A DNA stretch of 63,813 nt, the filler included, from Olpidium bornovanus S191 (taxonomy: Eukaryota; Fungi; Olpidiomycota): the NCBI GenBank assembly GCA_017911155.1. It is 30 parts of 30 records of this genome, joined end to end, with 100 filler letters (N's around TTAATTAATTAA, not from the genome) between each part and the next. Parts side by side here need not be neighbours in the genome. Positions count along the whole stretch, not along the records: positions 36,041 to 37,279 come from JAEFCI010005462.1; positions 37,380 to 38,583 come from JAEFCI010007563.1; positions 38,684 to 39,687 come from JAEFCI010013019.1; positions 39,788 to 41,975 come from JAEFCI010012222.1; positions 42,076 to 44,325 come from JAEFCI010006694.1; positions 44,426 to 45,593 come from JAEFCI010004905.1; positions 45,694 to 49,229 come from JAEFCI010008081.1; 23 more parts are not named here. The stretch is one strand, 5' to 3'. Under the pieces are notes generated by a model, which saw only the letters and a program-made list of their open reading frames with translations, was not told the DNA's origin and did no database searches. Shown here piece by piece: positions 36,641 through 48,173 of this stretch (the stretch's first letter is position 1; each line of letters begins with the position of its first letter). A program made the translations under genes and the position numbers.

Positions 36641-36673
<33 letters not shown>

Positions 36674-37135
36674 AGAGCACGACGTGAGGGCCCGCTTCTT
36701 CGGGCTTACGTGCACGGACGGACGAAAACAAATAGAAAAAAAAAAAAACAAGGATAACGAGTGGCGAGACCGCCGGAAGGCTTCGCCGCCCCTGTGCCTC
36801 GCTTGCCGGCCCGCAGGCATTTTTCTTTTCTTTCTTTCCCCAGGGTAAGGGGGCGGCCCGGTGTGCTTGTGCCTGACAGGGGCTGCTCTGCCGGTAGCCG
36901 CTGTCTGGATAGGTAGCCGTCGTCTGGACAGGTCGCTGCCCTCTGGACAGGTAGCCGCCTTCTGGACCAGTAGCTGAACAGAAGAACACGCAGGGGTGGG
37001 GGGGGGTGTAGGTTCTCTTCTTACCTGCTGCTCTTCGCGCTTCTGCTTGTTGACGAACCAGATGACGACGGACGTCGCCACGGTGGTAACGGTAAGGGTG
37101 ACCTTGGAGGCGCGGGAAGCGTTGACGATGGCCAT
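36426..37135 (-). CDS. PET117: Cytochrome c oxidase assembly factor PET117, two exons
   Basis: Exon 37135..37025 MAIVNASRASKVTLTVTTVATSVVIWFVNKQKREEQQ; exon 36584..36426 VMYNGVLKDEER..RELALQQAL. Confidence 0.85.
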
Positions 37136-37379
37136 TTTCTTTTTTTTTTTTGGCCCGCCGGGGGGATAAACCAAACAGGACGTCGTGGGGGGGGGGGGGA
37201 TCGCCGGGGAGGGCGAGGACGGGACAGAACCGGCCTTTCTTTTTTTTCAAGATTTTTTTTTTACCCCACCCCCCCCCCCNNNNNNNNNNNNNNNNNNNNN
37301 NNNNNNNNNNNNNNNNNNNNNNNTTAATTAATTAANNNNNNNNNNNNNNNNNNNNNNNNNNNNNNNNNNNNNNNNNNNN

Positions 37380-37668
37380 CATGCCGGGTGAATCCTCGAT
37401 CGAGCTGACCCTCGAAGAGCTTCTCGAAGCCGTGCAGCTGATTGGGTTCCGGATCCTGGTGCGTTTCGCGGATGCTTTACCAGCCCGCGTTTTTGCCCCC
37501 CGCTTTCATCGCGTCCTTTCTGACGGCTTTGAAAAAAAAAAAAACTGGCAGAAACGAGAATTCCACAAGTGCACGTATTCGACAGACCGGGATTCGATGC
37601 TCACGTACATCTATGACTGCGCAATGTGGGTGGCGGTCAAGCCCGAACTTTCCGCTCCCGGGCCATAG
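37380..37668 (+). CDS. CARNMT1: Carnosine N-methyltransferase (N2227 family), C-terminal exons
   Basis: MPGESSIELTLEELL..GFRIL|KREFHKCTYSTDRDSMLTYIYDCAMWVAVKP; intron 37459..37551. Confidence 0.85.
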
Positions 37669-38806
37669 AGTAAAAAAAAACCCCCCCAAACTTTTAACGG
37701 CCGTTTGCCGGCCGGAACTGCATTCGGGGAAATCGCCGGGGGCCGGGAATGTGTGTGCAGCGGCCTTATTCTCAACGCGAAATTGGTTTATCGAGTGTTT
37801 GTGTCAGGTGTCTTTTTGGACTGGTGTCGGGCGGGTTCCCGCCCACGGGTGCGCCAGGGCGGGGCGCGGGTTAGATTAGCCCCACCACTTCCGAAACCAA
37901 AACAAACCACAGGGCACGAACACACAATAAGCAGAACAAACCGGGCTTCCGGCGGAACGCTTCGAAAGGTTTTCGCAGGGACGGAGTCACTGCACTGATG
38001 CCTTGCGACCGCAACGTTAAAAAACGGCCCGATTTTTGGGTCAAAAAAGGGTTTTCGCCTCGGGCTGGGCCGTCGTCGAAGGGACTTCGGAGGGAGGTGT
38101 CGGGCATCCGGGCACGAAGCGTCGTCGTGAACTCACCTACAATCCAAGGCTCGCTGCGTCCTCGTAAACCGCGCTCGCTCCTGCCAAATCTCCGTCGTAG
38201 CTGCTATTTGCTCGACACTAGCGCGGCAAAATGTCTACGTCGCCTCTATCCGGCTTGATCAGACCGCCGACGCACTCTCCGGAAGGCCGGGATCCCCTCC
38301 CCCCCCCTCCTCCCCTTCCCTTCCTCTTACTCCTCCTTCCCCTTCTTCCGTGGTGCGCACTGGAAGGCAGGAGCTGGCGTCGGGTATAGGGCCATTATCC
38401 CCTTGTCGGCCCCAAAAGTCGGGAACACGGGAGCGAAATCCTGGGCTTGCACTATGTGATACGCGAGAATCAAGGCGGTTGCATTGGATGAGGTCGGGAT
38501 CGAGGTCCGTGACACAGAATTCTACGCCAGTTTTTGACTACCAGGGTATTCTTTATCCCTCGTGTCTCCCCCCTCCCCCCCCCNNNNNNNNNNNNNNNNN
38601 NNNNNNNNNNNNNNNNNNNNNNNNNNNTTAATTAATTAANNNNNNNNNNNNNNNNNNNNNNNNNNNNNNNNNNNNNNNNNNNNAGAAGAAGAAGAAAAAA
38701 ATGCAGAAAACTGTAGAGGGGAGGAAAATGCGATGAAAAGATGCCGAGAGAGAGCGGCAAATGTTGGGCGCGCGGCGGCGGGCAGGAGCAGGAGGACGGG
38801 GGGGGG

Positions 38807-38870
<64 letters not shown>

Positions 38871-38915
38871 CCTTCCTCCGTCCTCCGTCCTCCTCCTCCT
38901 CCTGCGCGCGGGAAA

Positions 38916-38954
<39 letters not shown>

Positions 38955-40579
38955 GGGGGAGAGCGACGAGGAGGTGGGCGGAAAAAAACGGGGGGGCGGG
39001 GGGAGCTGCGCGTGCGCGCGCGCTTAGGTGAAACGGCTTCCCGTTACCCACCAACGCAGTTGTGGTCACCGAACCGTCGACCGGCCGTGCCGCAGCAAGA
39101 CCCGGAAGGACGGCGCAACTGGTCTCGCGAAAAAAGTCGGAGAGTTTCTCGCTCTGCCTTAAAAGGGGGGGTGTGAAAGAAGAAAAGGAAAGGGGGAGGG
39201 GGGAGGGAAGGGGGCGGTGGCACAAATCGTCAGCCTCCTCGTGTGCACGCCCCCCCACCCCCTCCACGGTCACGCCTGTGCTGAGAGAGGGAAGCGAACC
39301 CGCCTGTGAGACGAATCCTATCGCGTGTCGCGCCCCCCCCGCCAGCGAGCGGACAAGACCGCTTGCTGGTCGGGCCCCTCTTTCCGCGTTCACGACTGAA
39401 GTAAGTGCTCGCGCCGGAGAGGGGGGAGGGGGGGGGGATCGCTTCAGAGCTTCCCGCGGCCGCAGCCCGTGGGCACTGGTGCTGCGTTTCTCGGTAAACC
39501 CCTGGGCGCTGCGTCCGCTCTCGCGCCCGGTGGTTCGTCCGTCGAGGAGAACGCGGCCTTTTTTTTTTTTTTTTTTTTTTTTGGGTTCGAAACGAGGTGC
39601 CGTGGACAAAAAAAAAATCACAGCTGCCAAAAATCGGGAGAGAGAGAGAGAGAGAGAGGGGGGGGGTGTGTGTGTGTGTGGGGGTGGNNNNNNNNNNNNN
39701 NNNNNNNNNNNNNNNNNNNNNNNNNNNNNNNTTAATTAATTAANNNNNNNNNNNNNNNNNNNNNNNNNNNNNNNNNNNNNNNNNNNNAAGGGGTCACCCG
39801 TCGACCACGTCGGTGTAGCTACTGTGATTTTTGCATCTGTACTGCTGTGCGTGATGCAGTATATTCTGCTGCTACGCCAAGTGACAGAGGCATTCCCGAA
39901 ATACATGATCCAGCTTGTAATGCTGCAGCAATGTTTTTTTTTCTTGCGAAGCACGCCCAATCGCTATCCGTGAATGCGGTGAGGTCAAAGCCGAGAGTCG
40001 CGAACGCCGCGGGAAAAGGACAGCACGTACTCTGGAGTCCGCCGCGAGGCAGTAAAGAATGCGTTCTATGGCTGCGCAGCAGCTTTTATCAAGTAAACGT
40101 AAAGATACTTCGCGCGAACAACATACTTCAGTCTACAACGAGCACTGAGCTGTTCTCCAGTATATTTGCTGTTAATGCACAAATTCGATTTCCAAGCGCC
40201 GTTTCAGCGTCCACATCAAGCTTAGTAACCAACTTTTTTTTTTCCCATACGGTGATGGCGACCACCAGGGGGCTGCAACATTCGTCACCGTTACGATAAT
40301 AAATTTAAACGCTAGCTAGCTGAAACACCGTTCCGTTAACATCCCGTATAGTTCGGCGTTCTCCTGTGATGGAAACGGGTTTGACGAGCAATAACCCCGC
40401 TTCGCTGAATTTGATGTCGCGGCTTATGTTATTGGGTAAAGCGGCGGACGTGCGAGATGGGAATGATGGAATGCGTACGGTGTCTTGATACGTCCGAATG
40501 GACTTTAACCGCGCCTAACGTATGTCGGACGGGCCGGCCCCAGCGGTTGGCATCGGCAAAGGACTACGAAGGAAAACCT

Positions 40580-41246
40580 TCACGCCGCCTGGGTGAACTT
40601 GAGGTAGAGGTTGACAACGAGTGCGCCTGACAGGAGAGTCGCAACGACAACGGGGCCGACCCGGTCGTCATAAGGGCCCTCGACCCTTTTCCGGATGTTG
40701 CGGGCGCGGGTGAGAAACTGGTGTACCGAGTAGAACATAGCGCCCATTGCCGTAGCGGTGAGTATAAGGCCGGAGATGCGGCCGACGCGGTCGCCAAAGT
40801 TAATGAGCCCGACGGCCAGCGTCGCCAGGAGGATGGAGAAGTGAAGCCTGGAAGGGGGCGGGAGGGAATAATTTGCGGGTTGCCGGGAAAGTCAGCGTCG
40901 ATCGACATAAGAACGGGAAGCGAAGTAGCGAAACTCTCAGTGTCGGTTGGAAGACCTTCCGCCACACGAGCAGCCAGACCGGACAGCCGGGTTGGCAACG
41001 TCCGACGAGAAAGAACGAAGGAAGAAGGACACCTTGCAGCAGCACCGTTGTCGAACGGGAGCCGGCAGGCCGCGGCGCAGGCAGCTAACTCGCCGCCTCC
41101 GGCGTCAGATGCGGCAGAGCTCACCAGCTCAGGAAGGTCCGTTCGTTGGCAAAGAAAACTTTCGGCTCTACCCGGACAGGACCTCTGACCAGCGAGTTTC
41201 TGGCGGGAGCTGACGCTGGCCGGAAGAGGGCCAGGACGGACGACAT
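40580..41246 (-). CDS. VTC1: Vacuolar transporter chaperone subunit VTC1 (polyphosphate synthesis complex), complete, 129 aa
   Basis: Exon 41246..41125 MSS..PVRVEPKVFFANERTFLSW; exon 40847..40580 LHFSILL..NFGDRVGRISG..AMGAMFY..RARNIRKRVEGPYDDRVGP..; 390 nt including stop. Confidence 0.93.
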
Positions 41247-41339
41247 GATTTCCTTCGGTTCCCGGCGCGGTTCTCTGTTGCTGGGGATGGTGTAGAATTT
41301 TGGGACTTCGGCGTGAAATGAGACCCCCTCCCCGTTCCT

Positions 41340-41378
<39 letters not shown>

Positions 41379-42145
41379 ACCCCCCCCCGCGCCCCCCCCC
41401 CCCCCGCCCCCCCCCGCCCGCCCCCCCCCCCCTCCCCGCCCCCGCCCCCCCCCCCCCCCCCCCCCCACACCTTCCCTACCTGCTGGAAAGATCAAGCGCA
41501 GAAGACAAAGGGAATTTGCTGGGCGAAATGGTAAGCGGAGTCGAAGGAGGGCTTTCTGAAGAGGTTCTGAAAGGAGCAGTTCATCTGCTACAGCTCGGTG
41601 GGGCTGTGCTCCCTCAGAGATAGCGCCAGGGTTACCCCTGATTAATACATCTCGGTGAGCTTTGCTCCCTCCCTTAGATTGAGCACCAGGGTTGCCGCCG
41701 AGGCTCACTCTGAAAGATCTTTTTACGGCCAGTTCCAGTTTAACCAGGGTCCCGTTTCTTCCCTTGCCATCTCTTCCAGATTGCCAATCAAGTGAGCTTT
41801 GCTCCCTTAAAAAGGGTCTCATAGAGACAGTGCCTGGATTAACTCTACGTGCCGTGTATAATACACGTTAGTTGTTTGGTTTGCCGCAAATGCGGACACG
41901 AACAATTTATCCAGAGAATAAAAAAAGCACTTATGGTAAAAAACATTTAGGGGTTCGGACTAAGGAATAGCCATGNNNNNNNNNNNNNNNNNNNNNNNNN
42001 NNNNNNNNNNNNNNNNNNNTTAATTAATTAANNNNNNNNNNNNNNNNNNNNNNNNNNNNNNNNNNNNNNNNNNNNAGATATCTAAAGTAATGCGATATTA
42101 GTCGCGCGGACATCGGTCAAGCAACCAATGTGGCCGCAAACGAAC

Positions 42146-43901
42146 CTGCTTCTGAATCTATGCAACGAGAACAAGCATTGCACGATTGACGCCATGTAGC
42201 AGCTTTCCCGGAGAACAACGCGTCAGCACCGGACGCGTATCACGGAGGTCAGGACGTAACGGGCGTACCTATTGCCCAAGTTTTTCAGGCCAGTGTATCC
42301 GGGGCCGAAAAGCGGTTGAAGTTCTTTGCCGTCTTCAGTCGTCATGCTGAAGTCGAATTTCATGTTGTGTTCCAGTTGCTGGAATACGCAGCCGATCAGA
42401 GTAGGCTTCACACGCAAGGGCAGTTCCTGCCGCATTCGTTTATGTCGCATTCGAGCAACAACTAACAAGTTCAGCCATGCTCTTTTCAGTTTTGCTCTGC
42501 CCTGCTAGATTAATGCCAAACGTCGACAAATGCTCTCCAAGCTTGGGATCGAGTCTGGAATCATTACACTCGTAACAGTAGATGTCTGTAAAGACGAGCC
42601 TGAGGTCAGGTCACCCGGCTGGACTCCGAATTCTATGAGATGTGCGTTTCTAGTACCTGCTGTCCCCTCTGGAGTTATCGTGCCGAGCTTGCATGCCACG
42701 GGGTGCCTCGTTGAGTTGTAATGCAGCATCGCGTGTCCTTTACCGCCGACGTTGGTGCCGTACTGTTCTCGCCCGCAGCCAAGGCTTCCGCAGGTAAGGC
42801 AGAGCCATAGATTCTCCTTCAAGTCGCATATGGCGCATTGTGCCATTCCTGAGCCGGATATCGACGGATTTAGTGGCCAATAGATAACCAGGTCGGTACT
42901 CGTAGCGCTCCGACCACTCACCTTGAGCGTCAAGTTTTGTTTTGCACTCCTGGACCAAGTTCTCAGTGTGGGCGCACCCAACTATTTCTTCTTCCCACGC
43001 TTTAACGTCAGACTGCTGCCGAGCAGACATCGCTGACAGGACGCCAGCCAAGACTTCAGGGATCTGGATCGCGCGCGATAAACAGCCATCGTAAATTTGT
43101 CTTTTCTTGCCGTGAACACGACGTCGACGTCACGGATATCACCTTTCCAGCAGTGCTGCCGACTTCTACGCCCCCGCATTCGAAGCACTTCACCGCAGTT
43201 TTGAACTCATGCTTGTTCTCCGCGTCATCTGGAACGACGGCGACCCTCGTGATCTTCGGCGGCGGAGGCGTCAGTTCACCGCCCTGGAAAAGGAAATGAG
43301 GAGAACGTTCAGGTGGCCAACACTAGAGACGCCGGTTTTCTATTCCGTTTTTCTGTTGCTTTCCCCCCGGCTCGTCACCTGCCCGCCGACGCAGTGTTTC
43401 CGGAAGCAAGGCAATTTACCCGCGTCCGCTTTTCCACAAGCCTCCTCTTGATGTTCAAGGCCAGCGGGTGACCAGATTTCCTGTAGTGGGCGACCGAGTG
43501 TGCCTGTTCTCCGGCCTCCGGCGGACACCCGCCGTTGAAACAGATCAAACAGACGTCGATGCCATGAGGCGAGTCCTGACAAGTTGGCGTGGAGGCCGCG
43601 AGAGGGATGTACAGGGAGAAGGTGTCGGGTGGGTGTTATCCCGGCCTCCGTCGCGCGGTCAGAAGAAAGCACCGCGACACGAAAAACGTGTTCGCGCTCG
43701 CGTTGGTGTCTTCAAAACGTGGGGAGTGGAGGAGACAAACAAGGGCCAGGGTCGACGGCGCGCGCGCCCGTTCCTGAGGGCTTTTACCCCCACCCTCGTT
43801 CGTACGTAGTTGCGGAAGCAGAGGGTGCACTCCTCTTTGTAGACCTTGGTGAAAGCGGAGGGCGGATTCAACGGTGTGCTGGCCGCGTGAGGGCAGTCCA
43901 T
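42146..43901 (-). CDS. UBP14: Ubiquitin-specific protease UBP14/USP5, N-terminal two-thirds
   Basis: MDCPH..VYKEECTLCF, ZnF-UBP CAICDLKENLWLCLTCGSLGCGR..GHAMLHY..HPVACKLGTITPEGTA, catalytic box GPGYTGLKNLGN|SCYMASIVQCLFS. Confidence 0.96.
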
Positions 43902-44629
43902 ATCCTCGTCCTCTTCCTGGCCCCTCGTGGTCGTCGTCGTCGTCGTCGTCGTCGGCCGGTTTCTTTTTCGGCGGGGGAGGGGATGGCGGCGCGCGGGGTA
44001 CGGGTGCCTGTGTAGGAGGAGGGGGAGGTGCATTAAGACTGCATTGTCATTCGCCAAAACGTGTGTCTATATTTATGCCCTGCATACGGTATCAACTATA
44101 TGAAGGAGTAAGCCGACTTTCCGGCGGACCCGAACGGCAGAATTGCGGTTTTGTTTTATTTTCGGAGACAAGCAGAAAGACGGAAAGTATGCAGCAGGTA
44201 AGCGCATGACGCGGCAATGGCGAGATGTCTGAAATGTTCTTCAAGGTGTAACAGGGAAATTTCCTCGAGGCCCTTTACCACGGCTCTATTGAAGATTCTA
44301 TAGGCAGGGGGGATGAGAAGGGCTANNNNNNNNNNNNNNNNNNNNNNNNNNNNNNNNNNNNNNNNNNNNTTAATTAATTAANNNNNNNNNNNNNNNNNNN
44401 NNNNNNNNNNNNNNNNNNNNNNNNNCATGATTTTTTCTTATCTTCTGTAAAAGAAAAATGAAAAAAAAGAAAGAACGAAAGTGGTTTACGTTCTTTGTTG
44501 TTGTTGTTTTTTTTGGCTCACTTGCGGCGAGATGAAGGCCGCGATGCCTCCATTGCTTCTCCCCCGGGGATGACCAACCACCCCCCCTTTCCGGGACCCG
44601 CGCTTTTTGGAAATTACGGAAAAAAAAAA

Positions 44630-44631
44630 CC

Positions 44632-44671
<40 letters not shown>

Positions 44672-44801
44672 AGGAGAGAGAGAGAGGGAGAGGTGGCGGT
44701 GTTTCTTCGAAGCGCTATCTTTTTTTTTTTTTTTTTTTTTTTTTTCCCCCTTCTCTTTCTCGTGAGCCAAAATCGCACAAGCCGAGAGAGAGAGAGAGAC
44801 T

Positions 44802-44861
<60 letters not shown>

Positions 44862-44936
44862 GAGAGAGCAGAGAGCAGAGAGCAGAGAGCAGAGACTCAG
44901 AGAGCAGAGAGCAGAGAGCAGAGAGCAGAGAGCAGC
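44630..44936. repeat. (GA)n and (GAGAGCA)n simple repeats
   Basis: Directly visible. Confidence 0.92.
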
Positions 44937-45307
44937 GGGAGTGGGAGGGAAAATCGTTGGGGGCGTTGGGTGGTTGGGTAGGCCTGGGCTGGGCTGGGGA
45001 GTTAACGAAGGGTGCGCACCCGCATCCGGCCACTTGGCCATAACCGGGCTTGGAACAGCCCGTCCGGGGATCCGTCCCTCCCGCCGGCGCGGCTCCACAA
45101 AGAAAGAGCCGCGCGGCAAAAGCGCAGAGAGCTTCCCTGAGACTGTCTGCACCGCGCTTTGCCCTTTCCAGAAAGGAGGAGGGGGTCCTGCCAGCAGGCG
45201 TTCGCTTCTTGCAGTTCTTCGCGTTGGGCACAGCGGGCATTCCACTGGATTTGTCTTTTCCTCAACCAGTGGAAGGTAACACAGCTCCGCGCGCAGCGCG
45301 CCGCGAG

Positions 45308-45530
45308 ATCGCTCCCCTTGATGAATGCAATTGGCCCTCCTGGAAAGCGAATGTGCGGGCTGTCCTGCTACGAAAAAGGGCGCTGGCTTTATCGTCAACG
45401 GCGACGAACCCTGCTTTGCGAATGGCCGCGGTCGGACGGCAAAAGCGTACGTGGAAATTTATCTCCATTGTCTCCGACCTCTACTAGCACGTCCTGAACG
45501 GTGACCACCAAAGGCACCCGGGAAGCGCTG
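45308..45530 (+). mobile_element. Ty1/copia gag N-terminal relic (frameshifted)
   Basis: IAPLDECNWPSWKANVRAVLLRK, then in a shifted frame IVNGDEPC..AKAYVEIYLH; homologous to the gag at 48869. Confidence 0.75.
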
Positions 45531-45849
45531 CGGACACATTTCGATGACGTGGGCTCAAGCGCCCGCCCCAACCGCCAAGGTGGCATTGTACACNNNNNNN
45601 NNNNNNNNNNNNNNNNNNNNNNNNNNNNNNNNNNNNNTTAATTAATTAANNNNNNNNNNNNNNNNNNNNNNNNNNNNNNNNNNNNNNNNNNNNAGGGTAA
45701 TGTAAGAGAAGATGAACACGCTGTTGCCCTTGGCTGCAGAGAACCAGAACCATCAACGAGCATAAAACAAATGTTGAGCGGCGGGGAAAAATCGATGAAC
45801 GAATAACCAGTTCGTTATCCTGATGAACGTGCCACGTTTTTCCAGCCAA

Positions 45850-46470
45850 AACGGCTTAGTACGAACCAGTTGCAAACCGTTCTGGTTTGGCATCTCGGAG
45901 GTTGTGCTTCTCGACAACATCGGTAATCATGTGCTCCCGGGTGACGAGCATGCCTGCATCCGTTTTGGCGAGTCGCATGCCGATGGCAAACAAAAGCAAG
46001 CCACAATCAGTCATTCTAAATTTAGCGCCCGCGATTTCGCGGCGAATTCGACGACAGAGGTGTCAGGGCCAGTCCAGAATGTATCATCGATGTTTACGGC
46101 AACTGCGCCGGCGAGTTCAAAGTCTTTCGGCAGTTCGGTGAAAATCTGGGTCCCGCGGGGTCCCGCTGAATCAATTACGTGACAAAGCTTAGCGTCTGCA
46201 GAACAATCGCTCTCGCAAGGACGCCCCGAGACCCTAACCCTAACCCTAACCCTAACCCTAAGCCGTCGCGGTAACCTGGACGAAGACACTACCTCGTTCT
46301 CGGCTTGGATACGACGCGTCAAAAGCTACCTGGGAATGCAACTAAATCCGAGCAAACGTTCGAGACGCGGTCACCGAATTACAACTGCAAAATTACACAG
46401 TTGGACGGTGCAGGGAAGATGTTGCCGCAATGGTACCACGGTCCACCCGCTCTCGTTTTGGATAACTTCT
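45850..46470 (-). mobile_element. Ty1/copia reverse transcriptase relic
   Basis: AVNIDDTFWTG (YVDD box), then after a frameshift KFRMTDCGLLLFAIGM..GMLVTREHMITDVVEKHNLRDAKP (FxMkDLG..LG..GI.lsQ..YI..ll.kf.m.d.KP). Weaker upstream hits KLSK..GPWY and LLGFS. Confidence 0.8.
46232..46261 (-). repeat. Interstitial telomeric repeat (TTAGGG)5
   Basis: Five perfect CCCTAA copies on the + strand. Confidence 0.97.
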
Positions 46471-46897
46471 GGAAAATCACCGGAAAAGATTGGCGGGGTG
46501 ACGATCGACGGCTTTGACCTGCTCGTTTGGCGGGGCCGAAGGTCACGTGCACCTGCGGGGTGCTCAGGCAGCTCCAGATGTCACGTGACCTTCGGCGAGA
46601 TTCTCCGGTCTCCAACTACGGGGAGCTGGAAGCGGAGAGCAGCCGGACGCTTGCGGCTGGCGAGGAAACTGCGCCTCCCGCGCGCCCAGGCATCTCGGGG
46701 CGCCGGATCTTGCGCACGCGGAAAGTAATCCTTCGGCGTCGCGCCGCCCGCCGCCGTGCTGCGGCTCCGCTCGCCGCCGGTCTTCCGCGGCCCATGCGTT
46801 TTGGCTGCGCTCGTGCACTGAGGCGGCTGCGCCTCCGGCCCCGTTTTATGCAGAGCAGGAAGTAGGGAGAAGGGCGGCGGACGCCGTCCGCAACCTT

Positions 46898-47626
46898 TTG
46901 CCTTGCCCCATCCCGCCCTCGGCCAGTCCTTCCCTCCAACTACCGCAGCCGCTGCCCGCACAAAAAGCCCGGCAAGCCGAGCTTATGGCTACCAGCCTGC
47001 CTGCGCTCGGCTCCGCGGCCGCGGGCACTGCGAGCTGCCGCCCCTCCGCCCCCGCCGGCTCGCCTGCGCTTGGCCCGCCGCAGGCGGCGGCGGCGTCTCC
47101 CGCCGTCCGTCTTCTGGCCGACGTGTGCGAGCGCACTGCACGCGGCGTTGCCTACTGCTTCGAGTTCGACGAGTGGGGGAACTTCCTCTGTGCCGCCACC
47201 GTCACCGCCCCCGGCGCTGCCGCCCTAGCCGGCGCGAAGCGGAGGCGCTGCGAGTACGGCTTCTCGCCGCTCTCCGCCGTCGAAGCGAAGGACCGCGCCG
47301 CCCGCCAAGCCCTGGAGTCCCTGAGAATTGGCTCCAAAACGCCCGAGTCTGCCTACTCGTCCGCCCACTGGCCGCTTCCGCCGAAGGTCAGCGGCCTACC
47401 CGCGTCGTCGCCGCCGCCGTCACCGGCGGGCGGCGCCCACCCCTCGGCGCCGCCGCAGCCGGTCCCGCTCCCTCAAGGGCAACCGGTGTTTTCCGATTCC
47501 GGAATCCCTGCCAACCCCCTCAGGCACCACGCGGGCGTGTCATCGAGACGCACTTCCGCCTCCGTTGCGCCGCTTGCGGCGGATGTAACTCTGGTGCCGG
47601 GATACCGGCGCACAGCAGGGGTGTAG
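46898..47626 (+). CDS. Pro/Ala-rich protein with a dsRBD-like domain (47105..47323)
   Basis: VRLLADVCERTARGVAYCFEFDEWGNFLCAATVT..CEYGFSPLSAVEAKDRAARQALESL fits the dsRBD alpha-beta-beta-beta-alpha pattern ending in ..EAK..AA..AL..L. Confidence 0.55.
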   Translation: MPCPIPPSASPSLQLPQPLPAQKARQAELMATSLPALGSAAAGTASCRPSAPAGSPALGPPQAAAASPAVRLLADVCERTARGVAYCFEFDEWGNFLCAATVTAPGAAALAGAKRRRCEYGFSPLSAVEAKDRAARQALESLRIGSKTPESAYSSAHWPLPPKVSGLPASSPPPSPAGGAHPSAPPQPVPLPQGQPVFSDSGIPANPLRHHAGVSSRRTSASVAPLAADVTLVPGYRRTAGV

Positions 47627-48173
47627 CGCTGCAAATCCAAATACCCTGAAAAAAAATCCCTCCAGATTGATTCACCCCTGAAGTGAAATCCCCTCTATAT
47701 AACAGAGGGTATAGATTGGCAGAATACCGAAGCAAACCAAACCAAACCAAAAACCCGACAGGGCCAAGGCCCCCCCATGCAGGCTGAGTAAAGGGAGATG
47801 GGGGGGGGGGGGTTTGTCAGAACCCCTGAGATTTTGACGCCGTGGAAGGAAGGAAGGGAAGGGGGAGAGGGGCTAAACGCACTGCTGGGGAACGGCGCGG
47901 TTTAACTGAAACCCCTGCCAAACCTAAACGCGCGGTGACGGGAACCGGCCAAAATCACATCGGTTCCTTTGCTTCTTTGCGTCCGTCGGCTTACGTCACT
48001 GGCGGCCTGCCGGCGACCATGATTTTTGCGGGGCGCAGCAGCGACGACCGAGCGCAACTTGTTCCAGACAAAAACAGCGGGCAGCATGCTTGAGCGATAT
48101 ACCCTCCACCTGTCGGACTACGTGGACTCCCCATGTTTTCAATGTCTGAACCAAAATATACAAACGAACAAGG

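Noticed and set aside
41121-41822. Long VTC4-like ORF
   Set aside because: The spliced 129-aa product from ATG 41246 matches VTC1; the upstream frame runs through a poly-G tract and shows no SPX or VTC domain.
45037-45050. GGCCATAACC as another PBS (reverse strand)
   Set aside because: Imperfect, not preceded by CA, and opposite in orientation to the nearby gag relic.
45820-45850. CTGATGA sites (also 25080, 49147) as hammerhead ribozyme cores
   Set aside because: No GAAA after a stem II.
46305-46517. WYHGPPALVLDNF as a CRESS-virus Rep Walker B
   Set aside because: No correctly spaced Walker A or HUH motifs; the opposite strand is better explained as copia RT.
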